IMG/VR virus record: IMGVR_UViG_3300030090_007211
Coordinates: 1-64,000 of that record
Length of the DNA stretch: 64,000 nt
Direction: 5' to 3' (one strand)
DNA from: a virus
Shown piece by piece: positions 48,040 to 57,501 of this stretch. The position numbers and the translations under genes were made by a program. Positions within the stretch are counted from its first letter, which is position 1. Each line of letters begins with the position of its first letter. The notes below the pieces were generated by a model. It saw nothing but the letters and a program-made list of their open reading frames with translations. It was not told the DNA's origin and did no database searches.

Positions 48040-49911
48040 TTAGGTAACAGGAGAATTCTCCGCATTCTTTAATAATTGAGTGATTAATTTATCATAATTG
48101 CTCAGATCCTTACTACTTTTAAGAGTATTAGATAATCTTATTAAAGGTTTCAGTCCATATGATTTTGTCTTTGGCCAGTAAAACAGCTTATCTGCTTTTT
48201 TCCAAAACTTTTCTAATTCTGGTCTAATATCCCCAAACATATCTCCTTCTTTTCCTTTTTTATTATAAAATATATCATGTCTTCTTTGGTGTTTTTTATA
48301 ATCGTTTTTTAATATCGATTCTAAGTGGGTATAAATTGCTGGATTTAGATTTAATTCTTTAGAAGGTGCACCTAAAAAACTATTTTTAATTATATTTCTT
48401 ATATTTTTACTTGGTAATCTTAAATTTTCCCATACAGATTCAATATTTGCAGTTTTCTCTTTTAAACTATTACCTTTTATCCCTTTTAATATTTTATATA
48501 TTTCATTAACATCATCATTCAGTGAAGCAATATCGTTTAACAATAAAAGTTTAGTATCTGATCCTGGTTTTTTAAAATCATTACCTACTTTAATCTTATT
48601 AAAATTATAACGTTTTTTATCTTTTTCTTGTAAACTTAATTTTTTATCAAGTAATTTTTGTTGGTATTCCGAAAAGTTTGGGGACTTACCACCATCACTA
48701 TCAGGTAATATTTTAGTACCACATTGATTTAACACACAAATTAATCCACCTGCACTAGTCACATTTTGTAATTTAGTACCTTTAGTGAACACTTCTATTT
48801 TTTTACCATCTATATTATGTATTATTTCTATTGCTGGTAAATCTTTATGACATTTACCAGTGGTACAAACTGCCCAAATAGATACTTTTCCTTTATTCTG
48901 CGAGAATATTTGTTTAGATTGTGCGGGAGTAACTATAAATTTATCGCGTCGTACTCCTTTAATATCTCCACCACCACCATATTTTTTAATTCCGTTTTTA
49001 AGATTAGGATCCCCAAATCCAGGATTTAATAAATATGGATGTATTTTTACCCCTTTTCTAATTTTAATATTATCTAAGACAGTTGCTGCATTATTTAAAT
49101 TTGCGGTATTACCTCCTTGCGTATTAGTTAATAAAGTTTGGTTTGCAAAAACAAAATATTCTGCGTTATTACACTCATGACTAGGAACACCAAAAATTAT
49201 TTCTAACCCTTCTAAACATTCTGGATTATCTTCATTTACTGTTTTACTTTTAACCTCCTCTTTTATCTTATCAACATTGATTGCCACACTTAAAAATTGT
49301 TCTGAGGTATATTTTTCTTTTAAGGTTTTGTAATTAGGTGATCTCCTATATGCGGAACCACATTTATAACCTTCAGGATCACTTCCCCTTTCGTTTTCTG
49401 GACAAAAAGATTGACCTACCCATTTAGTGTCACCAATTTTAGGTGGAGACACATTAAAATTAATTTTATCTTTTATAATACCTTCTTTAACCCAAGAATT
49501 AAAAACATTTTGAATGTAAGTTTTTATAGTATTCATTCTATTTGTTGATAAGTGTCCAGGTTTTACTTTTTTACCATTTTGTTCTCTATCTACATTAGGT
49601 ATTTGAGATTCGCCTGCAGCTAAATTTACATTTACTACAAACCCTGTTGGATTTTTAATTAAGAAGTTTTTGATTTTTTGTAATTCAGGATTTAGTGTTT
49701 TTTCTACATCCCAACTCCATTTAGTGCCGCTTTTACCTGTATAATCGCCTTTCGGTCTATAAAAACCAGGACCGAATTCTACTGATTTATTAATGGTGGG
49801 GAGAGTATTAGTTTCTTCAGTTAATAGTGGATTTTTATATTCACCATTTTCGTAGATCATTAATCCACGCATTCTTTTTAATTCTTCCGTTAGGGTTAAT
49901 CTATTTTTCAT
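48040..49911 (-). CDS. hypothetical late protein with leader (LTEELKRMRGLM...LLTEE); possible degenerate OmpA-like region
   Basis: AGESQIPN...LSTNRMNTIKTYI; late motif 49920-49926. Confidence 0.65.
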   Translation of the reverse strand: MKNRLTLTEELKRMRGLMIYENGEYKNPLLTEETNTLPTINKSVEFGPGFYRPKGDYTGKSGTKWSWDVEKTLNPELQKIKNFLIKNPTGFVVNVNLAAGESQIPNVDREQNGKKVKPGHLSTNRMNTIKTYIQNVFNSWVKEGIIKDKINFNVSPPKIGDTKWVGQSFCPENERGSDPEGYKCGSAYRRSPNYKTLKEKYTSEQFLSVAINVDKIKEEVKSKTVNEDNPECLEGLEIIFGVPSHECNNAEYFVFANQTLLTNTQGGNTANLNNAATVLDNIKIRKGVKIHPYLLNPGFGDPNLKNGIKKYGGGGDIKGVRRDKFIVTPAQSKQIFSQNKGKVSIWAVCTTGKCHKDLPAIEIIHNIDGKKIEVFTKGTKLQNVTSAGGLICVLNQCGTKILPDSDGGKSPNFSEYQQKLLDKKLSLQEKDKKRYNFNKIKVGNDFKKPGSDTKLLLLNDIASLNDDVNEIYKILKGIKGNSLKEKTANIESVWENLRLPSKNIRNIIKNSFLGAPSKELNLNPAIYTHLESILKNDYKKHQRRHDIFYNKKGKEGDMFGDIRPELEKFWKKADKLFYWPKTKSYGLKPLIRLSNTLKSSKDLSNYDKLITQLLKNAENSPVT

Positions 49912-49968
49912 CTCTTTTTATAAATATAACATAAAGGATAAAAAAAAACCATAATATTAATGAATTAA

Positions 49969-50000
49969 TTTGGTTTTGTCAAATTTTTGCCTTATATTTG
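49969..50000 (+). promoter_or_regulatory. Bacteroidetes-type promoter TTTG-N20-TATATTTG
   Basis: Exact consensus, 15 nt upstream of ATG 50016. Confidence 0.75.
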
Positions 50001-50015
50001 TATAAATCAAACAAT

Positions 50016-50657
50016 ATGAAAAAGTTAATCACATTATTATTAGTATTAGTAACCTTAAATGGTTATAGTCAGACACCTATCGATTATGATAATTTTGATA
50101 GAGAAATTGCGGAATACCATTTGAGGAAGACATTTATACATTTTAGAGATACAATAAGTAAAATGGGGTATGGTAAAGATAGGTTTATTTTATATCCTGA
50201 ATTAGTGAAAGATAAAAGTTTAGATATACCTATTTGGTCGGATAAAGTTTATGAATTAATCTCTAAACATAATTGTGATATTTTAACTAACATAAAAGAC
50301 GATGTTTATCATGTAGATAGAGAAAAATGGTGGAAAGATCCTAAAGTACAAAAATTATTTGTAGAAGAAAAATATAAACACATCGAGGATGAAAAAATTA
50401 GAGAATCCATAACTGAAGTAGGTTATAGTGAAAATGCTTTATTTACTACTAAAAAATTTACTACTTATGAAGAATTAGCTACCGCCCTAATAAACCAATG
50501 GGAAAATTCCTATTATCATAAATGTTTACAAAGAAGAAATATGTTTTGCACCTATTTATATCGTTCCCATAATATAATAGTTAAAGATTTATTTGCGTGT
50601 AGCGTAACTTATAACCCATCCACTAAATGTGTACATAGTGTTATAAATTTTATTTAA
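50016..50657 (+). CDS. secreted CAP/SCP-like domain protein
   Basis: Signal peptide MKKLITLLLVLVTLNGYSQ; SENA...WENSYYH resembles CAP EN...WxxSxxH. Confidence 0.6.
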   Translation: MKKLITLLLVLVTLNGYSQTPIDYDNFDREIAEYHLRKTFIHFRDTISKMGYGKDRFILYPELVKDKSLDIPIWSDKVYELISKHNCDILTNIKDDVYHVDREKWWKDPKVQKLFVEEKYKHIEDEKIRESITEVGYSENALFTTKKFTTYEELATALINQWENSYYHKCLQRRNMFCTYLYRSHNIIVKDLFACSVTYNPSTKCVHSVINFI

Positions 50658-52023
50658 ACATATCTTGTTGGATATCCGCTACTCTTTGTTGGTTGGGATC
50701 AATATTTAAAGTGACCCATATATCTCTAATTACATATTCTCCAGTGCCAGAATTACCTGTAATAAATGGTCGAGACCCACTTTCCATTACCCTATAATTA
50801 TTTTCTTGATTTGAAGTAGTGTTAGTCCATCCTTTGAAAATTAAAGGGGATCCTTGAGGACATTTTATTATCATACCCCCACTAGATATTTCACCTTTTC
50901 CATTTGAACTCCCATTCATTGTCCCACCTTTTCTTAGACCAATTTTAAGATTAGGGTCAATTTGTATTAAATGTTTTTCTTTAACAACTATATTACCGTC
51001 TTTTTTCGTTGCTGGGATAATCCCTGGTTCATAACCTTCTATTTGACCATCTACATATTTACTCCAATCTAAATAAGTTTCATAAGATTTTTTATCTTCT
51101 TCCTCATTATCAGGAGTTGGTGTAACATCATTATTAGGTATAGTATCTTTTATTGTTTTTTCCCACTTAGGAAACTTAATTTGGAATCTTCTATTAGGTG
51201 CTGTTTCTTCGTGTGTTGGACTACTAGTATTAGTCCACCCCGCATCTGCAAATAAAGTTGTTTCTCCATTACCCACACCCTTTAGTAAACCTTTTAATTC
51301 TGGTATTTCATCAGATAATAGTTTTACCATTTTATCTGCCCGCGCTTGAGATAAACATCTGTTATAATCTCCTCTTAAAATACCATCTTCATCTTTACAC
51401 CCACTAAATTTACCAGTTATTGAGACATTAGGGTCATTATCTCTGGAAGCGTACCCATTTAAAATAATAGGTGAATTTTTTTTCAAAAATTCTATATATT
51501 CTCCCCATTGAGGTCCATAAGTTTCTTTATTTTTATTCCATTCAGACACAAATTTTCTAAAATTAATATTCCCAACATCTGTTAACTCGGTTTTATCAAA
51601 TATAAATGGATCACTTATATCTAATGTTAATTCTAAACTTACTGTTTTTTCTTTTGGTGGTGGTGGTGTTGGCGGTGGTGTTCCTCCCCCTAACAAACGA
51701 GGTGCCTTAGAAGCGAGAGAAATATATAGAATTGAGCGTCGACTCAAAGTATCACCTGAAACAAACTTTCTATTTCTGAATCTAGCAAATTTTGGTATTT
51801 TTGACATTTTCGATTGCTCAATACCATTAAAGAGTAAATCACCCTTTCTTTTCCTCCCCCAAAATGGAATGGTAGGTGGTACCCAATCTCTACCTTCTTG
51901 ATCTAATTGACCATTTTTTTGTTCTTTAATATTTTGTTCTGCCAAAACATCATGTGAATTATCCTCATAGGTAAACCCCATAAGTTCTTTCATACGCTTT
52001 TGTTGGGAAGTTAGTGGTTTCAT
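50650..52023 (-). CDS. OmpA-C-like peptidoglycan-binding domain protein with N-terminal leader
   Basis: FDKTELT, GYAS, N..LSQARA, G.GET, NRR; Pro-rich linkers. Confidence 0.8.
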   Translation of the reverse strand: MKPLTSQQKRMKELMGFTYEDNSHDVLAEQNIKEQKNGQLDQEGRDWVPPTIPFWGRKRKGDLLFNGIEQSKMSKIPKFARFRNRKFVSGDTLSRRSILYISLASKAPRLLGGGTPPPTPPPPKEKTVSLELTLDISDPFIFDKTELTDVGNINFRKFVSEWNKNKETYGPQWGEYIEFLKKNSPIILNGYASRDNDPNVSITGKFSGCKDEDGILRGDYNRCLSQARADKMVKLLSDEIPELKGLLKGVGNGETTLFADAGWTNTSSPTHEETAPNRRFQIKFPKWEKTIKDTIPNNDVTPTPDNEEEDKKSYETYLDWSKYVDGQIEGYEPGIIPATKKDGNIVVKEKHLIQIDPNLKIGLRKGGTMNGSSNGKGEISSGGMIIKCPQGSPLIFKGWTNTTSNQENNYRVMESGSRPFITGNSGTGEYVIRDIWVTLNIDPNQQRVADIQQDMFK

Positions 52024-52032
52024 AGTAATGGT

Positions 52033-52194
52033 TTATTTTCTTCGTGATACTGGTTTTCTTGAAACCTTCTTAGGTTGTCTTGATTCTTTAATTGCTTTTC
52101 TTTTAGTAGTTTTAACTTCGTTTACTATTTTCTCTATTAGATCAACCATTTCACTTTCAGTTAACCTAATTACTTTTTTATTTTCTTTAGACAT
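52033..52194 (-). CDS. 53-aa leader-only basic microprotein MSKENKKVIRLTESEMVDLIEKIVNEVKTTKRKAIKESRQPKKVSRKPVSRRK, not in ORF track
   Basis: Manual translation; shared leader; late motif 52263-52269; directly upstream of the OmpA-like gene. Confidence 0.8.
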   Translation of the reverse strand: MSKENKKVIRLTESEMVDLIEKIVNEVKTTKRKAIKESRQPKKVSRKPVSRRK

Positions 52195-52297
52195 TATAAA
52201 TCTTTTAAATAATATATGTTATTAATTGGATGGGCATAAGATGTCCATTACCATTATATATAATAAATATACTAAAAAAGATAAAAAATATAGGGTA

Positions 52298-52453
52298 TTA
52301 TTTTATTTTCTTAACATCATAAATGTCAAGTAACTTAAAAGAGTTAATTTTTTTGGTGAGTGCAAAATAAATAATTGCTTCTTGTATACACGTACTTAAA
52401 CAAGTATTGATAACTTCCCCAGATGTTTTAAGACATAATGCAAATTTATACAT
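52298..52453 (-). CDS. 51-aa hypothetical protein (MYKFALCLKTSGEVINTC...), not in ORF track
   Basis: Manual translation; TTTG-N20-TACCTTTA at 52467-52498. Confidence 0.6.
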   Translation of the reverse strand: MYKFALCLKTSGEVINTCLSTCIQEAIIYFALTKKINSFKLLDIYDVKKIK

Positions 52454-52499
52454 TTCTTTTTTTATTTAAAGGTAATAAAAAAATATGGTAAAAACAAAT

Positions 52500-54125
52500 T
52501 TACGCAGTTAAATAACCAATACCATCAGGATCAGCTTCAAATGCGTCATATGCTTCTCTATTTTTAGGTGATAGGTTATCTAAGTCAACACCAACTAATA
52601 CAAAACGAGCTAATGACTCTCTTACTAATATTTCTAATGGTTCAATATTAATTTTAGTAATAGGGTTTTTACTGAAATTCATTACAAAACATTGAGTTAA
52701 TTTTTCATAACCTTTTAAAGGAACCTCTTTTATTTGGTTATCTGTCATCGTAAGAATTTCTATATCATTTGGTAAGTAATCTGCTGGTGGTATTTTTTCT
52801 AACCCACATTGATTGGCTGAAATTCTTGTGGCATTTTTAAACTCTGATAAATCAGGTAATTCAGTCAATGGCATATTACTGAAATCTAAAACATCCATAT
52901 CTTTATTAAGATAATCAGTAACAACTACACCATCCGTATGTTCCATTAACCATTTAAGGTATCTATTATTTTGTAATGGTCCTTGATCTTCAGATGCTTG
53001 TCGTCTTATACTTTCTACACCTTCTTTATAAACTTCATCAGTTATAACGTCTTGGGCTTTCCCACCAAACATTGCAAGATATTTAATATACTTACTATCC
53101 ATTAATCCAGATCCCTGTCTAATGTCTTGAGTTGCTAACGCCCCTAATTCTTTTTTGAAGAAATCTTTTAATCCACCATATTTACCAACAATCGCTGGTA
53201 ACTTATCTCTTTCGATACTTCGGTTATTCTTATCATGCAACTGACCAGATTCAAAATGGAATTGTAATGGGAAGGTTCCTTCTCCATCATCACCATCAAA
53301 TAATTCTTTAGGCATTACTACATAATAATCTGAAAGAGTACCATCTGGTTTAGGATTGTTTTTTCTATAAGAATCAAAATAACTATTTCCTTCTCTACGT
53401 GTACACCAAGATGCTAAATTTCCTAATGGTTCACAACTAGATTCTATAGTTTGTGGAGTATAAACTAATACACCTCCATCTCTATACGCTAATTTAGCGT
53501 GTCCTAAATCGATATATTTTTTCATTTTATTCCATAAAGGATTACCACCTTCACCATCATCATCATCCGCCCCAATAAATGGACTCACTACTGAATATAA
53601 ATGAGCTAAATCACTATATTGATTAATATCACTTACATTCTGTGGTGCATTAGGTCTATTAGGTGCACCAGTTTTAAATACTTTTTTCTTTCTTACATTA
53701 TCAAATACCCCTAAGTATTCATTTGCTTCGGGCAAATCTTCTGTTAAAAATCTAACTGCCTGATCAATATCATTATCTTTAATGTGTCTACCAAACACTT
53801 GAATCATCCATTGAACGAATTCTTTTTTCTGTGTAGGATCCGCCTCTACAATATCGTTAAATATTTCTTCGGTAAGCTTAATAGATGTTTTTCCTTTTTT
53901 ATTAGTAACTACATAAGCAATATCCACACCATCATGTCCTTGAATAGCTTCAATATTAACTTTTTTTCTCATACCCCCTTCTGGGCGCTCTCCATCTTTC
54001 TCGTCTTGACCTTCAGTATTATCATCAAGTAATTTTTTATCTATAACATTTTGGGTTTTTAAATATGATACCCTATCCTCTTTAATTAATACTTTAAATT
54101 GACTTTCAGTTACTATATATTTCAT
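52500..54125 (-). CDS. leucine-rich-repeat protein with leader MKYIVTESQFKVLIKE
   Basis: LDFSNMPLTELP, ISANQCGLEKIP, LTMTDNQIKEVP, MNFSKNPITKI; central WCT...QFHFES domain. Confidence 0.85.
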   Translation of the reverse strand: MKYIVTESQFKVLIKEDRVSYLKTQNVIDKKLLDDNTEGQDEKDGERPEGGMRKKVNIEAIQGHDGVDIAYVVTNKKGKTSIKLTEEIFNDIVEADPTQKKEFVQWMIQVFGRHIKDNDIDQAVRFLTEDLPEANEYLGVFDNVRKKKVFKTGAPNRPNAPQNVSDINQYSDLAHLYSVVSPFIGADDDDGEGGNPLWNKMKKYIDLGHAKLAYRDGGVLVYTPQTIESSCEPLGNLASWCTRREGNSYFDSYRKNNPKPDGTLSDYYVVMPKELFDGDDGEGTFPLQFHFESGQLHDKNNRSIERDKLPAIVGKYGGLKDFFKKELGALATQDIRQGSGLMDSKYIKYLAMFGGKAQDVITDEVYKEGVESIRRQASEDQGPLQNNRYLKWLMEHTDGVVVTDYLNKDMDVLDFSNMPLTELPDLSEFKNATRISANQCGLEKIPPADYLPNDIEILTMTDNQIKEVPLKGYEKLTQCFVMNFSKNPITKINIEPLEILVRESLARFVLVGVDLDNLSPKNREAYDAFEADPDGIGYLTA

Positions 54126-54151
54126 TTTTTATTTTTTTATATAAATATACG

Positions 54152-54430
54152 TTAAATCGAATTAATTAACAAATTTAAACGCACTGATTTGGAATTTATT
54201 TTTTCCATCACCGATAAAAACACTTTTCTATCATTTTCTTTGTCTGTAATACGGTACTTTATTTCATCAATTAATTTAAATTCACCTATGTTATTTAATT
54301 CATCTAAAATACTATCATAGGTTAACCATTGGCGTTTAGTATCTGCGCCTGCACCATTTATTTTTTCAAACACAAACATTTTATAATTATAATCTAATTC
54401 TCTCTCTATAGGTAATTTTTCCTTATTCAT
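54152..54430 (-). CDS. hypothetical protein
   Basis: ORF coupled to hydrolase gene. Confidence 0.65.
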   Translation of the reverse strand: MNKEKLPIERELDYNYKMFVFEKINGAGADTKRQWLTYDSILDELNNIGEFKLIDEIKYRITDKENDRKVFLSVMEKINSKSVRLNLLINSI

Positions 54431-55245
54431 GCCCCCCTTCCTTTAAATTCTTTTGCCCAATTAGTTTTAGTATCCCTACCAAATTCATGATCTAACCCTT
54501 CTGGTCCGTGAGAAATCCAATATTTACTTTTCTTTCCCCATGATGGATTAACTTTACTTGGGTTATAATAATGAGTTGCACCTTCAGTATTATCATTAAA
54601 GTTTGCACCTTTTAGTAGAAGTTTAGCATACTTAACTGCATTATCCCAAGAAGGTCTATTCATATATCGTTTATCCTTCATGATTTGGTTTATAGATTTT
54701 TCATCTATTTTAACTGGTTGATAAGGATTCCATCCTGAAAATTGTTTATTTTTTAAAACTATATCTAATATACTTCCTTGTCCTGCACTACTTCTATTTG
54801 CAATTACATTTGCAATTGCTTTTATTTCTTCTTCATCATTACTATATTTTTCCATTGCTAATGTCATAGCCACTATTTTAACCGGTAAAGATAAAATAGG
54901 GGGTGCTTTAAATCCTAACTTACGTAAAACTTGTGAACCAATTTCTATACTTTTTAAGTCTTTATATTGAGTATTAAAAAGTTTACCTATCATTAGTGAA
55001 GTTTTATCCCCAAAATCATTATCAGGTTTAAATTTTATTTCATCTGCATATTCAGGAAATTTATCATACAATTTTTGTTGGATTTGTATTAAGGGAGAAT
55101 CTTTTTTAGATTGCATAAATCCATGTTTGAAAGTGTCAAATCCATACCATAGGTCGTTAAAAGTAATATCATCTCTATTAATAACACCTAAGATATCTTC
55201 ATTTAGTAATTTATTAAATTGTTCTTCCGTTAATAAAATCTTCAT
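54427..55245 (-). CDS. SleB/Hydrolase_2-family cell wall hydrolase with leader MKILLTEEQFNKLLNE
   Basis: E.....AIANVIANR, QFSGWN, TEGATHYYNP, P.W. Confidence 0.9.
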   Translation of the reverse strand: MKILLTEEQFNKLLNEDILGVINRDDITFNDLWYGFDTFKHGFMQSKKDSPLIQIQQKLYDKFPEYADEIKFKPDNDFGDKTSLMIGKLFNTQYKDLKSIEIGSQVLRKLGFKAPPILSLPVKIVAMTLAMEKYSNDEEEIKAIANVIANRSSAGQGSILDIVLKNKQFSGWNPYQPVKIDEKSINQIMKDKRYMNRPSWDNAVKYAKLLLKGANFNDNTEGATHYYNPSKVNPSWGKKSKYWISHGPEGLDHEFGRDTKTNWAKEFKGRGA

Positions 55246-55306
55246 TTTATATAATATTTATAAATAAATATACCGTTTTAATATAACATTTTCAATAATA
55301 AGAGTA

Positions 55307-55711
55307 ATGAGGAAACCTTCTAAAAATAAAACTACCACCTATCACCAAAGAAAAAGAAATAGAGTTTTATATCAGATAAGAAAAATTTGTAAATCTAACC
55401 CTAAGATTAAACAAAAGATTAAGAAAATAAAAGATATAAATAAAAGACTCTATTATGCACAGGTATGGGAAGTTACTGAGAAACAACCATTATATATTTT
55501 AGAAAATTCTGGTAATAGAGGGTGGAAAAATTATCACTTAGATCATATATACCCTATTGCGTTAGGGTATTCACAAGGAATGTCACCCGAAAAAATAGGT
55601 AATATAAAAAATTTAAGGTTTATACCTTATCAAGAAAATTTAAATAAGGGGTCTAAATTAACTACCGAATCTAAAAATGCATTAAGAAGAATAAAAAGAT
55701 TAAAAAAGTAA
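55307..55711 (+). CDS. HNH endonuclease-like protein
   Basis: YHLDHIYPI...NL.FIP..EN..K; very basic. Confidence 0.75.
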   Translation: MRKPSKNKTTTYHQRKRNRVLYQIRKICKSNPKIKQKIKKIKDINKRLYYAQVWEVTEKQPLYILENSGNRGWKNYHLDHIYPIALGYSQGMSPEKIGNIKNLRFIPYQENLNKGSKLTTESKNALRRIKRLKK

Positions 55712-55723
55712 TCTTTTTTCGGG

Positions 55724-55798
55724 TCGGGGTGGTAAGATTCGAACTTACGACCTCCACGTCCCAAACGTGGCGCGATAACCGGGCTACGCTACACCCCG
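55724..55798 (-). tRNA. tRNA-Pro(TGG), CCA not encoded
   Basis: CGGGGTG acceptor stem, anticodon arm CCACG-TTTGGGA-CGTGG, GTTCGAATC T-loop. Confidence 0.97.
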
Positions 55799-55802
55799 AA
55801 TT

Positions 55803-56006
55803 TTAAACTTTATAAGTATGAAAAAGACTCTGTGCTTCTGCAACTAGTGCGTCTTTTTCTCTTTCTAATGCAGCAATTCTATTTTTTTGATCTTCATTTA
55901 AAGTCATTCCTGCAGCTTCTGCCTTAATGTCTGACACTTTACCATCTAATTTATCATGCTTCAATAAAAGAGAATGATATATACCTGCTTTTTCTTCGTT
56001 AGTCAT
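55803..56006 (-). CDS. small coiled-coil hypothetical protein
   Basis: ORF directly upstream of tRNA. Confidence 0.7.
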   Translation of the reverse strand: MTNEEKAGIYHSLLLKHDKLDGKVSDIKAEAAGMTLNEDQKNRIAALEREKDALVAEAQSLFHTYKV

Positions 56007-56013
56007 AGTTTAT

Positions 56014-56211
56014 TTATTTACAATTCATTATAGTTATTACTTCGTAAAAACACCCACTATCTGTATTTTCGTTGAGTACTTTTACTAATTCATCCATTTT
56101 ACTTTTTTTATTACTTTCAAAAACCTCACTATTACCATTAGTCATTAAAACGTGAGTTTTTTTACCACTACTGGTAAAAATTTTCTTTATCATGTAACTT
56201 TCTTTTTCCAT
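56014..56211 (-). CDS. hypothetical protein
   Basis: ORF. Confidence 0.65.
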   Translation of the reverse strand: MEKESYMIKKIFTSSGKKTHVLMTNGNSEVFESNKKSKMDELVKVLNENTDSGCFYEVITIMNCK

Positions 56212-56255
56212 ATTAATAATATTAAGTAATATTTTTAATATTTTAAAGAGTATTT

Positions 56256-56804
56256 TTAATTATCTTGATTTAATCTTCTATGGTATCTTCCTGCAACATT
56301 ATAAAACATTTCACCTAATTTTGATATATGTTCACCTAATGTATTTAACTTTTCTGCCACATGTAAGGTAAGATCCTCTTTACTCATATCTATCCCTAAC
56401 CCGTATAATGTCGGTCGGGGCACACCTTTATGAATTGATACTGACGTATCACTCAATAATTTAAAATATTTTAATATTTTTTGTAGAGTATTACTATAAC
56501 CAATGATTAAATTTTTAAAATCATCATCAACATAGATTTCTTGACTTAACTCTTTTAATCTTTTAATGTCAGATTGGAATTTGTTACCAAAATTAAAAAT
56601 GGCAGCCATTACATTATCTTTACTTAATTCACCACTTTGTAATCCTTCAATGAATTCCCCTAAAAGATTTACTGTTTCCGAAGTTAAATGTCTTAACTCA
56701 CCTTGTAAATTACCTGCATGACTTTGCATGGTAAAGATGTCATCATAACCCCCTACTTCTTTTAATACTCTTTTTAATTGACTTTCTTTTAATTTTATTT
56801 TCAT
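56256..56804 (-). CDS. helical hypothetical protein with leader MKIKLKESQLKRVLKE
   Basis: Shared leader; late motif 56820-56826. Confidence 0.8.
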   Translation of the reverse strand: MKIKLKESQLKRVLKEVGGYDDIFTMQSHAGNLQGELRHLTSETVNLLGEFIEGLQSGELSKDNVMAAIFNFGNKFQSDIKRLKELSQEIYVDDDFKNLIIGYSNTLQKILKYFKLLSDTSVSIHKGVPRPTLYGLGIDMSKEDLTLHVAEKLNTLGEHISKLGEMFYNVAGRYHRRLNQDN

Positions 56805-56844
56805 TAGTTATATTTCTTAATAAATATACTAAATAACGATAAAA

Positions 56845-57027
56845 TTAAGATTCTTTATTGGTATCGTCTACCTCTTCTATATTCATACTACGATTTTTCA
56901 TTTCTTCCATATACGCAGCAAATCTTTTTTCCATATCTTTTCTCATAGCTTGTTGTTGTGCTTTTATTTTTTCTGTACGAGCTTTAGATTTTTTCTTTTG
57001 ATTTTTACGATGTCTACTTTTAGGCAT
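56845..57027 (-). CDS. small basic hypothetical protein (MPKSRHRK...)
   Basis: 60 aa ORF; no conflict once the DUF192 start is moved to 57100. Confidence 0.65.
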   Translation of the reverse strand: MPKSRHRKNQKKKSKARTEKIKAQQQAMRKDMEKRFAAYMEEMKNRSMNIEEVDDTNKES

Positions 57028-57099
57028 AATTTTAACTTTATTTTTTTGTTATATGTTAATAATATTAAATTATTACTGAATAGTCAAATATTTATTAAT

Positions 57100-57501
57100 A
57101 TGAAAATAAATGAAATATTATTAGAAACTTTAGGGATTCCTTTTCCTAACAGAAGAACAGTTACTATAATTAATGATTTAGGTGAAGAAATTCGAGTAGA
57201 ATGTGAAATACCTACTACTGATGAAGAGAAAAATCAAGGATTAATGTATAGGGACAATTTAGGTAAAAATAATGGGATGTTTTATGATTACACACATAAT
57301 GGATTTTGGATGAAAGATGTTCTTATACCATTAGAAATGATTTTTATTGATGGTGATGAGATTGTGGAGATTGTTGATGCTAAACCTAAAGATACTACTA
57401 TTATTAAACCTTCTTTACCTGCAGATGCCAATTTAGAAGTTAATAAAGATTTTTGTCAACAAAATAATATTAGTGTTGGTAATAAGATTTATAAGTCGTA
57501 A
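57100..57501 (+). CDS. DUF192-family protein with leader MKINEILLE
   Basis: GLMYR..L....GM, FWMKD..IPL.MIFID, LEV; late motif 57089-57095 supports revised start. Confidence 0.88.
   Translation: MKINEILLETLGIPFPNRRTVTIINDLGEEIRVECEIPTTDEEKNQGLMYRDNLGKNNGMFYDYTHNGFWMKDVLIPLEMIFIDGDEIVEIVDAKPKDTTIIKPSLPADANLEVNKDFCQQNNISVGNKIYKS

Noticed and set aside
52028-52225. + strand 65-aa ORF from the track
   Set aside because: Shadow of the - strand leader microprotein at 52033-52194.
55724-55798. tRNA as a prophage attachment site
   Set aside because: No integrase, no duplicated tRNA end, and phage-like genes on both sides.
56950-57099. N-terminal extensions in the ORF track (also at 26436, 35354, 63695)
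   Set aside because: They overlap other genes or promoters; a downstream ATG matches the late motif and/or leader.
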